Source: Dudresnaya verticillata (lineage: Eukaryota). From it: 64,000 bases of DNA. The first letter of the stretch is position 1; the number at the start of each line of letters is the position of its first letter. Made by a program: the position numbers and the translations under genes. The stretch lies in the NCBI GenBank assembly GCA_977862235.1, contig OZ374560.1, positions 62,001 through 126,000 of the forward strand, written 5' to 3'. Of the stretch, positions 47,640 through 60,046 are shown piece by piece. The notes under the pieces were generated by a model, which had not been told where the DNA came from, did no database searches, and saw only the letters and a program-made list of their open reading frames with translations.

Positions 47640-50520
47640 TTACACCGCATTTCGCGGACGCTTCGCTGGCGGCGCCAAGTCGGCCTCCGTATCTTCCTCC
47701 TTGGCCGCACTCTCCTCCAAGTCGGGAATATCTTCACCATACACCCTTGCGGTAATCATGGTGAGTCTCCTGCCGGTGTCCGCCATGCGTCGACGCAAAG
47801 CGCGAATAGTACGCCTTAGGCGCGCCAGGCGCCCGACCCACAGCACGGCGGTGTTAATGGCTTCGTTCGCCGACGCTGGAAGGGGCATGCCCGCGTCTCT
47901 ACACCCCTCGCGGAGTCGCTGCAGGGCAGCCCCATCTACGCGCAACTCCGCTTCGGTCCAACTCGGCATCTCCCTCGGGCATTCTCCTCTTGTTTCACCA
48001 CCACGGGGTCGATATGACGGGGTGGCCCTCCACCTGGACCAGCAGCGGCCACAAACGTCACGGAGTCACTTGACGCGGGCGACACCGGTTTGGCAACTTC
48101 ACCCCGCTTCGGTGTAGGGACCTTCACTGCTACTCCAGGCCGTTCGGTTGCGAGTTCCTCCACTTGGTCGGTCCCCACTGGTGTAACGTCCTCTTCCATC
48201 TCGGAGTCGTCGTGCTCCCCGATGGGACCCAACCTAGCCGCGGTTGCCGCCACTACCGTGGGCCTCCCTACAGCTACGGTATTCGCCGCCTTGTCCAACT
48301 TGGTGTTCGCGTTGACCCTCGGCGAGACAGCCGGTTTCAAAGCCCCGATTGGTGTAGATGCTGCGGCCACTCCCGACAAACCCCCCTGCGCCTCGATCTC
48401 CGCTCCTACAGGAGGAGACTCCGTTACGGTCTTCTTGAGCGACGAAGTCGTGCGGTCGCCCCACACCTTTATGGCATCTCCACCAGGGGATTCTCTCGGC
48501 ACGAGGACCCTTGGGTCCCCGCGCCCCTTCTCAATCTCGTCCAATCAATCTCGTCAACCCCCACTGGTGTAATCTCGTCTGCAGGCGGACTGTCGAGGCG
48601 TCCCTGTTGATACGGCACACCGGATGGAGTACCCCACTCACGTGATGGCGGAGCCCTCGATGGCCCCTCTGTCATGGGGTAGAACCTTGAGCGGGCGCGC
48701 ATCGCGTGCCAGTTTAACATCTTCTCGTCGATCAACCACGCCGGCTCGGGGTCTTCTTCCGATAGGAAATACGCCATACCACACCCGGAGTTTAGCGGTG
48801 GCACCGACAACACGCGGTCGTCATTCCAATGATAACCGATGAACCCTGGCGTTCGCTCCCAATTGTTGTCTGCGTGACCCGTGAAGAGGCGTTCCACACG
48901 CGCCAAGGGGTATTCGGTCCCCTCAACCAACCGGTCTACTCCAACTTGGTGTATAAGGGTAACCACCGGCCCTGGTAGCTTGAATATGCGCCCGCACTCG
49001 CCATCTTCCGGATCCGTTCTGCTCCGCGGGTACGCCCTCCAGTCGGTCATCTTGGTATTGGCTCTTACACCCCTGTAGGTGACCTGTAACCAGGAGAAGA
49101 GGACTAACATGGCCCACTCCGCTTGGAGTATCCGACCCAACACCGTCATCAGCGGATGGTCGATTGACTTCTCTCCGCCTGGGTGTGCAGCTTGCCAGTC
49201 GCGATGCTGAATGAACCGGTTGGAGAAGTAAGCCACCACCGTCGGCGTTGGCACTGACAACCAACGGGTGACTTCATACTCAGCCCACCAATCCGGAGCG
49301 GTGCAGTACAAACGACGGTGTGCTCCCGGCGGCACCTGGAAGAATTCGTTGGTGTTCCAAGTGTGGAGTATCGCCCTTCCGAGACGGCGTCCATCTCTAC
49401 TCCGCAACCGGAGTCGATGCTCTTTCGCTGCGTCGTCGGCCCACCGTCGTGGATTCGCAAACCAGTGAACCCCTTGGTCATACGGCTTCTCGTAGCACAG
49501 AAACTCGACACCAACCGGATGCTCTCTCAGTCGATGGGCCATGGCCAACAAGCGGCACACCTTATCGGGATAGCCTTCTTCTTCCTGACACCTCAGCCAC
49601 ACGATGTCACACCCGGTTGGAGTTCGCACTCTGCAGTTTGAGTGAATCCACCTGGCTCGCCACATCTCCTCACGCCGATTCGGGAACGGCTTGTTGTTGA
49701 TCAAGCCACCGACGTCGGGAACAGCACTGTAGCGACGCCCCTCGAGGGTGCCACCATGGTTGGACACGAACACCGATACGGGCATGGGGAGACGCACCAT
49801 ATCGCGCTCCTCCTTGGTACGCTGGCGCCTCCCGGTGCGGTGATCGTATTCTCGTCCAGGCCAAGTTCCTTCATCGGTGTAACCTGTCGAGTCCACGCGC
49901 CCATGATAATTCCCCTGCATCCCCGGCGCGTACGGCATTGAACCCGACAGCGTACCGCCAACACCCATGTGGAGTGGGGGTGAGGTCACGCCACCTCCCA
50001 TCTGACCAACCTGGAGACCCTGCGCGTACGCCTCATATCGCCCATGTGGAGTTGCACGACGATATCTCCCAAGCTCCATCTCGGTGTTGCCTTTGGAAGG
50101 ACCGGGTCGTTGTGCCCCCGGCCCAACCTTTCGATCCGGAAGCGGAGTCGGCGCCTGTCGAGCCTCGCCGTCATCGCGCCGTCGCGGTACCCTCGGGCTG
50201 CCCGCGCGTGCTGGCAGCGTCGGCGTTGTGCCCGCTGCCGCCGCAACTCCCGCTATGGTGTCCGCGATTCGGCCGCCTCCTTCCTCTTCTGCCTCCGGCG
50301 CCGGAGCCGCCCCCACCGACGATGCACGCCGTGTCGGTTGGAAGGGGCTCCGTGCGCGGTCGGTGTTCCCGCCCGCCATTGCTAGCGGTACAACGGTTTG
50401 GACCTGTCCGTTGGTAGACCTGCCTGAAGTGGAGTGTACTGATGAGGCTCTCTCCGTTGTTGGGTACACCTGAGTGGAGTCGTAGAAGACGTGCTGTGGC
50501 GCACGAGGACGTGTCGCCAT
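47640..50520 (-). pseudogene. Antisense accessory ORF of element C
   Basis: 683-aa ATG ORF 50520-48469, continued by 48544-47936 and 47969-47640; motifs shared with E and B. Confidence 0.8.
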
Positions 50521-50522
50521 TT

Positions 50523-50535
50523 AAGGAGGGGGGTC
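50523..50535 (+). promoter_or_regulatory. Polypurine tract of element C
   Basis: AAGGAGGGGGGTC immediately before the LTR TGTGG. Confidence 0.88.
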
Positions 50536-51210
50536 TGTGGTGAAGCGGCCGTTTCGGAGTGCGGACGACGGTTGAGCCGACCCGCGCCCGACACAGTGGT
50601 GAGCTGGCGCCAAAAGCCGAAACGGAGTGCAGCGACACAGTAGCACTGTACGCCTTGTTGGAGTCTGCGCGCACCACCAATAGGAGTCAAGTAGTTGATT
50701 TATTTGTAATTAGGTAATTATAATCATGCTGTACAGTACGTAGTGTCAGCCGGCCAATAAGAATGCCGAGCATGTCCGCAACGGTGACCGGGACCAGTAG
50801 GGCCGGACCCACCTGGTGGACCAGACCCATTGGGGTCTGGCCCACACGGACCGGACCGCGGGGCGTATCTCCCAGTATATTAATGGGTGGCCACCGCGAG
50901 TCCTACAGTAAACGGGTACGCAACCCTGGGCAAAGTGACTTACCCTAAGCCTTACCCTCATATTCCTTTACGGTTTCCCCTCGCCAGCCCCGTGCACGGA
51001 TTCCTCTTACCTCCGTCCCGGTGTAGCTATCCTGGCACTGTACCGTCCCCCTTGTCTGTTGCGTCCCTTTACTCCTTACAGGTGTTGCCGCTCGAGGTAC
51101 TCCCTTCGGTCTACGAACTAAGCTCTACCACCCCGGTGCCGTGTGAGATCACTCCTTATTGGGATTGCCTGATCAGCTCTCCTTACAGGTGTGCCTTTCA
51201 ATTCACCACA
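50536..51210 (+). repeat. 3' LTR of element C
   Basis: Follows the PPT; near-identical to 36228-36902; followed by TTTGT. Confidence 0.93.
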
Positions 51211-52247
51211 TTTGTCGTTACTGAGTGCTTGTTCTGCCCGATACCCACCGCAGTGGGACTCGAAGGAAGAAAATACCTTCTGCTTCTTTGCATACTCCCC
51301 AGACACGCCCGTCTCGTCCATGTTGGGCAGCCGACGTGGATCGGAAAAATGCCAGGATGTTTGGCTCCCACTTGGTCCAGTGCTCGACGGTATGTCTCCA
51401 CATCTTCGGGGGTTCTGGGCGTGCAATTTTTCCAGTTGTCGACGTTCAAATTGTCTGAGAGTGAGATCCCTATGACGGCTTCGGAAACTTCTGACCCAGT
51501 CTGGACTCGGGATGCCGTTCTTGAACGGTTTCCAATTTTCTTCCCCGATCCTGGCGGCGATAGCACCGAGTGCGATTGTACCCACCGCAAAGCCTCGAGA
51601 GGCAACATCCTTCAGTCTCAAACATATTTCGAACACCCCCGAAGCGGTCAGAGTCGTTTCGTGACCAGCTCTGTGAGCTGCTGAAGATAAAAGGCGTTGC
51701 AACGTGGCATCATCTTTACTGCTGTTGGCTGCCTTCATCTTTATGGCCGTACCGTTGCTCACGCCGGTTGTGGCGCTGGCATGTGCGATGGTTCCTCCTT
51801 CTTGAAGAAGCTGCAGTGCCAATTCGCACCGCTTTGACTCCTCTGTGTCTCGACGCTCCCGATCATGATGTTGCTCCGTTTGCTTGCGCATAATAGACGG
51901 AGGCATGACGAGTGCTAATGGCAATGGAGTAGCACACGGCCGTAACTCTACGTATCGTTGCATAGAGTTCCATTGACAATGGAGTCGGAGGATGGGATGG
52001 ATGCTGCAGTACCCAGCCCTCAACATGTTGGCAAAAAGCGCGGGGATCATGTTTGAAATCGCAGGTGTACAGTGTTTGGGCGCGCAAGGAACATTTGAAC
52101 TTCATCTACTGTATGGAACATAAATGGCTACCATGGATACAGGTGCAGAGCGTTGGGCTGAAAAGTAGGGCTGAATGGGCACAGGATGGCTATATACCTC
52201 GGCACTCCAAATAGACCCACTTCTCCAAATTGACCCACCCGGAAGGG
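51211..52247 (-). mobile_element. Duplicated 5' end of the pogo element (transposase N-terminus and TIR)
   Basis: Copy of 36903-37939. Confidence 0.92.
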
Positions 52248-52571
52248 TACCACACAGCACATGAAATAGAATAGAAGAGCATGGGCAACGGCGCATCTGG
52301 TGGGGTTGTAAACTGTAAGCCGTATACGTTGTCGACTGTAACCTGTACTGTAGACTACCTTTTTCTTACTGTTTCGGTGTGTGTCGTTTTGGGTACTCGG
52401 TCCTACCCGCCCCCCGTGTTGTACACATGATAGATTAGGGAATCAGTAGCTTTATACTACTACTCCTTCTTTGATTGAATTACCGACAATGAATTATTGC
52501 ATCACTGTGTTAGTCGTCGCCGTGTGAATTGCAATAGCTTGGACACCACTACGTGTGAGTAGGTTGCTATG

Positions 52572-55500
52572 TGATGGGTACTGTGCGGCGCGGCGATTGC
52601 GTGCGTGCCCTGTGGCGACCGGAGCCCGGTTGTCACTGTAGGGATCTGGGAAGAGGCGCTCGGGCGCTGGCAACGTCTGGTGGGCACCGTGCTGGTTGCC
52701 CCCACTCCTCGACTGGAGTGGAGCAGGTTTATATAGGCCTTCTGTCAAGGCGGGAGCCGCTCGAACCCGCCGTCGGCCCTCGTCCGCGCCGCGCTGGCGT
52801 GCCAACAGCTTCCCGCGATTATTGTCGCATAATTGCGCCAAATCATGCGTCCTATCTTGACTGACGGGTTTGCTATCATACCAGATGATCTGGCTGCCAT
52901 CTAACGTTGTCTGCGTTAACTACAGTGCCCGCTGTGTGCCACAGCGGGATAACAGCCCCCCACAGCCAGTGATGTGTACACTGAGCTGGTTGTAGGATGA
53001 TAAATCTAGCAGTGCTTGGCGATTCGCTTCTGCCTAGCCGTGCCATTGTCTTTTATGTCTGCCAGGAAATCTGTAACCAAGGCAGGGACGTCTTCTTGCA
53101 TGACGGGAAATGCCTCCCAGGCCGGCCCCTCGTCGGTGAAACCTTTCCATTCGACGAGGAGCTGGGTTTCTCCCTCGTGAATCCTTATGTCCAGGATCTT
53201 GTCTACAACACAGTACTCGCCGTCTTGAAAAGCAAGCTGCTCCAGGACCTCGGTCGTGACGTCCAAGTCTTTGTTGCGGAATAACTTGAGACGCGTGCCA
53301 TGGACGGTAGATTTCTTCGTAGACCTCAGGTCTTCTACTTGGAAGAGGAAATCCGAAAGAACCTTCGTAACCCTGTATGGTCCTCGCCAGCGGAACGAGA
53401 GCTTCCTAGTAAATGTCTTCTCAGTGCTGCTTCTTAGTACAAAGTCTCCGATGTCGAAGTTGCACCTCCGCACTCGCGTGCGAGCATTGTGCTTGTCTAC
53501 GCGCGCTTCACGAGCCTTTGTAGATCGCTCGGTCACTTCTCGATGCATGTGATCCAGGCCGCGCGCCAACTCCTCGATCTTAATGACTTGCTTAATTCGT
53601 ATCTCTTCTATGTCCAGCATTTGGATCTCTCCCCTTACTTCTGTCTTGATTGCTCTTAAGGGTGTATCCGCTTGCAGGCCAGTGAATTCCGTGAGCGGGC
53701 ATCTGCCTCCAAGGCGGGCCAGAGGCGTGTTGTTTAGGACTGCCTGCACAAGTGGTAGCACGGACGGCCACGACTTGAAAGGTATTTGGAACTCAGACGT
53801 GAGGGCTCTAAGAACGCGCATAAGTTCCCGGCAAACCACCTCTATTGTACCATTAGTCCATGGACAGTATGGAAGTGTGAAGTGGTGAGAGCCTCACAGC
53901 TTCTCGCTGAGTCCTGCTACGACTTCGTTCTTGAAATGGGGTCCCCGGTCGGATACCCACTGTAGGACGACCCCGAATGAGGAGAACCATTCCATCAGGG
54001 CGTCCACTGTCGACGAGGCGTCTGCGGCCTCGAAAGGGAAAAGCCAAACGAAGGAGCTAGAGTCGTCCTTCAGGATCAGCACGTACAGAAACGCCTTGTC
54101 GCTCTTGCCAATGTAGCAGAAGTCGAAGTGCAAGATCTTGTTAGGACCGTCGGCATGTAGACTGTGCCCCATGGGTCTCGGGATTGTCCTTCCTGACGCG
54201 GTGCAGAGGCAATGCAGGCACGTTTTCACGAATGCCTCCACGTCCTTAGCCATTGACGTCCAGCGGAAGTGTTCGCGCACGATTGCCTTAGTCGGTGCGA
54301 TACCGCGGTGTCCTCCTCGTCCGGTGTGTGCGGCGATGAGCACACGTAAGCGCAGCAGACCGTTGTCTACGGGAAGCCAGAAGACACCTCCATTGTCTTG
54401 GATGATTCCATCTTTCTCGCTGAAACCATGCGGCGGTTGTTCTGTTGTTTCCTTCTGAGCCTTAGCGAAGTCGTTACGAGTTGGCCAGTCATACTCTTCG
54501 TTAGTCTCGGGAGTAATTGGGGCGTAGAACAGGCTGGCTAGCTTGACCGACTTCACTCTGTCTCTGGGCTTGACGGCCCAGCGCGTTAGTATGTCCGCCC
54601 ATACGTTTTGCTCGCCAGGGAGGTGCTCGATGACGTATCGATAGGCGCTCAGCTTGAGCGCCCATCGCATGAGCTTGTTCGCTGTGTGCCGGCTCATACC
54701 TGGGTTCCTTCCGTACGGGTCGAAGATGTACACCAGGTTGGCATGGTCCGTGAACAATGAGATCTCACCTGCCGCTGTGAAGTGGTCGAGTCTTGTCATA
54801 GATTCTACGAACGAGAATGCTTCCTTCTCTACTATACTCCAGTTGGCTGCAGCGCCTGTAAAGGATCCAGATAGGAAGTGCTAAGGGCTCGTGATCCTGC
54901 TCCTCGACGTCCAAATCCATCTGTTGCTGTGGTATCTGCGTTAGTACAGACGCCCAGTGGGTCTCGGAGGCGTCGGTGAAGAGGCAAAGCCTATGGCTTG
55001 ACTTAGGATGTGCGAGTTTGATTGACTGGACTATGTGAGATTGAATCTGACTGAAGGCAGAGTTGTGTGTAGCCCCCCATAGTCCAGACAGTGATATGTT
55101 CTTCACTGCTTTCTTGGTTCGCTTCTTTGCCTTGCCGTAGCAAATCTCCATCAGGTCGTGAAGCGGTGCGATTGTCTTAGAGTATTCGGGGATACTCTTG
55201 CGCATCCAGTTCGTAGCGCACAAGAACTGTTGGAGGTCCGAAGCGAATTCTGGCTTTCGCATGCCCAGGATGGTGTCTAGTTCCCGTGGGCTATAGCGAA
55301 CACCTGTCTCATCTATTACACGCCCACAGAAGCTTGCTTCCTTCACGAAGAGTTCGCACTTCTTGGCATGCAGCTTGAGGTTGTACTTGCGACACTGCTT
55401 GAAGAACAACAGCAGGGCTTCCAGTAGCTCCTTCTCGTGTTTGGCGTGGAGCAGGAAGTCGTCCAACCACTGAATGATCTTCTTGATGCACTCGACAAAG

Positions 55501-58066
55501 ATGTGAGATGTCACGCACTGGAAATGGTTTCCGGCGTCCGTCTGCCCTTGTAAGAGGTGAACGGGAGTGTGCACCCCGAGCGGTGTCTGGATAGACATGC
55601 ATTCTTGTGACTATTCGTGAAGCGGGATCTGCCAGTACGCATGGCACATGTCCAGCTTTGCGAAGCACTTGCTGCCTGCAGTTGTCTGTATCATATGGTC
55701 GAGGTCAGGCATAGATGATACGATTGGGATCGTTTCCCGGTTGGGTGCCCGTAGGTCTACTGTGAAGCGGAACTTGTCGGACCCTGGCTTTGGAACCGCG
55801 AGGGCAGGGCTTGCCCATCTTGCTTGGGAGTTGCTACGAATGGCCCCCACGGATTTGAGCTCACGAACGGCTGTAGAGATGAAGGCGTGCTGTTTGGGAG
55901 TGTACCTTAGCTGCTTGGCTCTGACAGGTCGGTGGTTAGGCTTGAGCTTGATCCTGAGCGGCTCCACCTTTGCCGGTGGGTCTGCCCCCAGGTTAATCCG
56001 GAAGATGTCCCTGTACTCGTCGAGCATCCGTTTAGCTGTTGCTAGCCCTTCTGCTGACATCCCGTTGTCCTTCGCAGACGTCAGCATACTTCTAAATGCT
56101 TCCTGGATGTCTTCTTCCTTGTCTGTTCCGATGTTGGCCCCTGCAGAGGACGGCAGTTCGATCGGATCTTCCTCAGCCTGGTCGTACCACAGGCCGGTGT
56201 ATGGGGCGAACGCTGCGGTCTTGGCTGAGTTACTGGAGGCCTCGAAGTCGTCTTCAGTGCGGCTCATGAGATCGCTGATGTCCGCTTCGTCGTACTTGTC
56301 TCGTACCTTCTGCAAATGTGACTCTAAGTTGAAGCCTAGGCACTTGAGAAGCGGACGTCCTAGCAGGACCTCATCCATGTCTTGGTCGATGATCAGGAAC
56401 TCCACTTTGCGCAGTCGGAGCGGCCCACATGGCAAGCAGACAGTGATGTTGAAAAGAACCTTCGCAGACGCGGTGATTGTACCTTGCTTCAGCTCGACTG
56501 CGGGAGATAAGTTGATTGGTGTGTCGAACGTCACAACCTCCACAGCCTTGCCAGCCTGCTGGAGCAGCTTCACGATCCGTTTAGGGAGAGCAGAATTGTC
56601 TGCACCGTAGTCGCCTAGGGTAATCACTTCGACTGACTCGTGCAGCAAAGCCTTCCAGCGTCCATCTCCAAGTGCACCCCTTGAGATGGCGGCTACCTTA
56701 GCCTTCTTCTTCTCATCGTAGAACGCATCCATCAGCCTTTTTATCTCTTCTGGGCTGGTCATGTCGCAGTCCATGACTCGATGATGCTTGTGGCAGGCCT
56801 TGTTCAGGCACGGCTGTGACCACTCGGTGTTTTTGCGTTTCTTCTTCCTCTTCGAAGCGTCGCTGCTGTCTGCATCCTTGGAGGTGCTAGGGTTCTTTTC
56901 TCGGCTTTTGTCATTGCTGTTGCCGTGCTCGCTCTTGTCTTTTCGAGCCTTCTTCGGGTTGCTGTCTTTGCCCCAGCCTCCGTTGTTGCTCGGAGGGCTT
57001 TCTTTTTCTGCGTACGTAGCGATGTCGACGTACGTCGCGGTGACCTGTTCAAGGAAGTGGTGGAAGCTTCTCTTGTCTTCTTCCTTCCAGTACTTCATGC
57101 TCGACTTGACCTTGTCGCGCAGGAGTCGCGGCTCCAACTTCGGGACGAGCTGTTGGATGAGGGCTTTCGGTGCCTCGGTGATGACCTGTGCCGCTCGGTT
57201 CCTCTGCAGCTCGGTTGTCACTGAGGTGAAGAACTGCAGTGCGGCACCTTGGGGGTCGGAGCTCTTCGGCTTGAACTTGACCCGGTCCAGTGCGTTGGAC
57301 ACCTGGTTGTCGATGTATTTGTGTGAGACACGGCAACGAGCCTCCAGCCATGTGTTCACTTGCTCGTCGGTGAGCGTTGCGGTAGAAGTGACGCCGGGGA
57401 AATCCTGGCACAGGATCATCGATTTGAGTAGCTCGGGATCCGTGCACGACTTGAGGCCTGCCGGCGGTATGCGTTGCGCCGGTGTCCGAGAGCGGTTGAA
57501 CTCCTCAAACTTGTCCTTGTAGGCGCGGTACTTTATCTTGAACGCGAGAAGCTCCTCTCCCATCACTGACTTGAGTTGCGGCGCCGTAATCGACGAAATA
57601 GTAGCGCCTGCCATGTTGTGGTGGGCGGTGCTCGCAGTACCACGCGCGTCGCTCAGTAGTGCTCTTCGAAGAACAAAGCGCTTTGATGGGTACTGTGCGG
57701 CGCGGCGATCGCGTGCGTGCCCTGTGGCGACCGGAGCCCGGTTGGCACTGTAGGGATCTGGGAAGAGGCGCTCGGGCGCTGGCAACGTCTGGTGGGCACC
57801 GTGCTGGTTGCCCCCACTCCTCGACTGGAGTGGAGCAGGTTTATATAGGCCTTCTGTCAAGGCGGGAGCCGCTCGAACCCGCCGTCGGCCCTCGTCCGCG
57901 CCGCGCTGGCGTGCCAACAGCTTCCCGCGATTATTGTCGCATAATTGCGCCAAATCATGCGTCCTATCTTGACTGACGGGTTTGCTATCATACCAGATGA
58001 TCTGGCTGCCATCTAACGTTGTCTGCGTTAACTACAGTGCCCGCTGTGTGCCACAGCGGGATAACA
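52572..58066 (-). mobile_element. Full-length young Gypsy element D; 383-bp LTRs (52572-52954, 57684-58066), TSD CTATG
   Basis: CTATG at 52567-52571 and 58067-58071; LTRs differ at only ~2 positions by eye; G-rich PPT before the 3' LTR; TATA-like CTATATAAA in the LTR. Confidence 0.95.
53006..57614 (-). pseudogene. Single gag-pol ORF of element D (~1535 codons) with two in-frame stops and one frameshift
   Basis: ATG 57614; LGDYGAD protease, WLDD RT, TDAS RNase H, GHRG/CLHC, SDRG integrase, LLVEWKGF chromodomain; stops at 55611 and 53894, frameshift near 54875. Confidence 0.92.
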
Positions 58067-60046
58067 CTATGATCTTTCCGGTAGAGTGAATTCCCCTCCT
58101 GTCTTTCTCGTCGCCACATGGAATGTTACTTTTCAAGATGCAAACTGGTCGCCGTTAATATGCTGAGAGGATGCCCTGCTCCCCGGATTGATTAGTGCCA
58201 GAATTTGTATTAGGGAAGTTACATCAACAGCATGGGAAGTTTTCCCGTGTCAAGTTGCGCTGCTGAGCTGAAACAAGCAAATACGTACGAAGGTAGGCGT
58301 ACCGCAGGAGCATTTTTGTTCTTGTTACATTCCTATAGGTGTGGAGCAGAACGAACAAACTGAAGCTGATGTTGATAACAAGCCGTCACAAAAGGATTAA
58401 CAGGGGGGAGCACTTGATTCACAGAGCATCCAAACCCCCTAGCGGAGGCTAGACATACAGTACCTGGAGCAAACAGTAGTACCCAGCAGCTTGTGCTGAT
58501 TATTAACTGCTACTGCAATATCCTTTGCAGAACGAGCGAAGTAAGTCGAGCGAGGAAGATGAGCTTCTCACCACTAGGAGAGGTACCCTTTCGAGCAGCC
58601 AGGAAACTCGAAATGCGCTGAAGCCCACAGTGAAACCCAGGACCAATCGCTCCATAGATATCCATCACTGCAGGGTGGCATTCGAAGGAGTTTTGTTCGC
58701 AGATGTCCTCTAGCAAGAAGAGTTGAGCTTCACGCATCTCGGCGCAGCCGACTCTGATCCAATGGGTTTCTTCAGCGGTTTGGCTTGCCTGGAGAAAACG
58801 TTGTATTGTTGGATGACTGAGAATTGTCCACCGGGATGAGATGCCGAACGAGCTCCCGGCACTATTTTCAGTATGTCCCGTCCTTTTTGCTTGCGTGTGT
58901 ACTACATTCACACTGGCTCTACTGCTCCGAGTACTCGCCGGCCACACGGCCTGGGTCCAATGAAAAAGAGTCACCCGTTCAAGACAGGACTCTGTTCCAG
59001 GCCCGATAAGCATCACGCGGATAAAGATGTTGTACAACTGGGGCTGATATTGAGGAATCACTCACAACAGCTTCTCTGTTGTAGTTCGTCTTAATTTGTT
59101 GTTTGTCGTGGTCCTACTCGGGCGACATTAGCCCATTTGCTGGTAAACGTTCAGTATTCTGCCGTGGGAGGAGCACTGTTGCGTTATGGGCGTTATGGCC
59201 GGGCACTCTCAGATGGCACCATCTTTTGAAAGAGCATTCTGCTCGCTTGTTTCAATTTAGACGCCTTCATAGCGTGTGCTTTGCAGCAACAGGGAAGTAA
59301 GAACCGTAAACAAGGAGGATTGCCGATGTAGGTAGCAGCGACACGTACTCCGCGCCCCCTTCGAGTCGCTCCTTTGGTCAAAGGTTTGACAGTCTTGGCC
59401 AGTAGCACGAAAGACGGCAGCGAAGGATGGCGTTGCCTTCAGCGATGCTACTGTGGCAGTTCCCAAAAATAGCTGCTGTTGCACACGCACGGGGGAGAAG
59501 TTGCTGCCGCCTCAAGCTTGCTTTTCGGATGACGTCATATTTGCTCATGTCATTCAGATGCTCCCTTCCCACCCTCTTCGGCGTTGTCAGACCTATCGGG
59601 GTTCGGGGCGCATCCCCATCGAGCAGCTTCCCGCGTTCTTCGGTCGCTTCGGGCAAGACAAGAGCAGTCATGAGGATAGGCAATGAGAAGCTGCAAACGT
59701 TCCTCAGAACACTGCCCCCCCACTGCCTTTACTTTAGACCCACTGCGACAAGCTATCCTACCCCACACAACGTCCGCCAACACCGTGCAACCAATATGAA
59801 CACACCTCCTTCTGCACTCTGCAGGTGGCAGCGTTACGCATGCCGTCATCATGGGCAGCCCTAGACCACTGCCCCCACGGAAAACCCTCCATATCCAGTT
59901 GAACGGCGTTCGAGTGCTGTTGGGCCGGCAATAAAACGCAGCCACATCTACGCCTGTTCACCAACCTCCATCGACATTGCAACCACGTTCTCCTCTCCAT
60001 CTTGGTATCCGGGAAACCGCCCGAAGAACAGTTTCCACGTTTCGTC

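Noticed and set aside
48469..50520. Antisense ORFs as env genes
   Set aside because: Wrong strand, and no evident signal peptide or C-terminal membrane anchor
50887..51684. 265-aa ORF across the C LTR and pogo flank
   Set aside because: Spans an insertion junction and is broken in the duplicate copy
55648..57522. Plus-strand ORFs of 320 and 244 aa opposite D gag-pol
   Set aside because: Shadow frames of a codon-biased gene; no similarity to the 3' antisense family
57615..57953. N-terminal part of the 780-aa ORF 55611-57953
   Set aside because: Lies in the LTR and leader; the likely gag start is ATG 57614
58510..59945. Several short ORFs right of element D
   Set aside because: No recognisable motifs or consistent frame; a gene call cannot be supported
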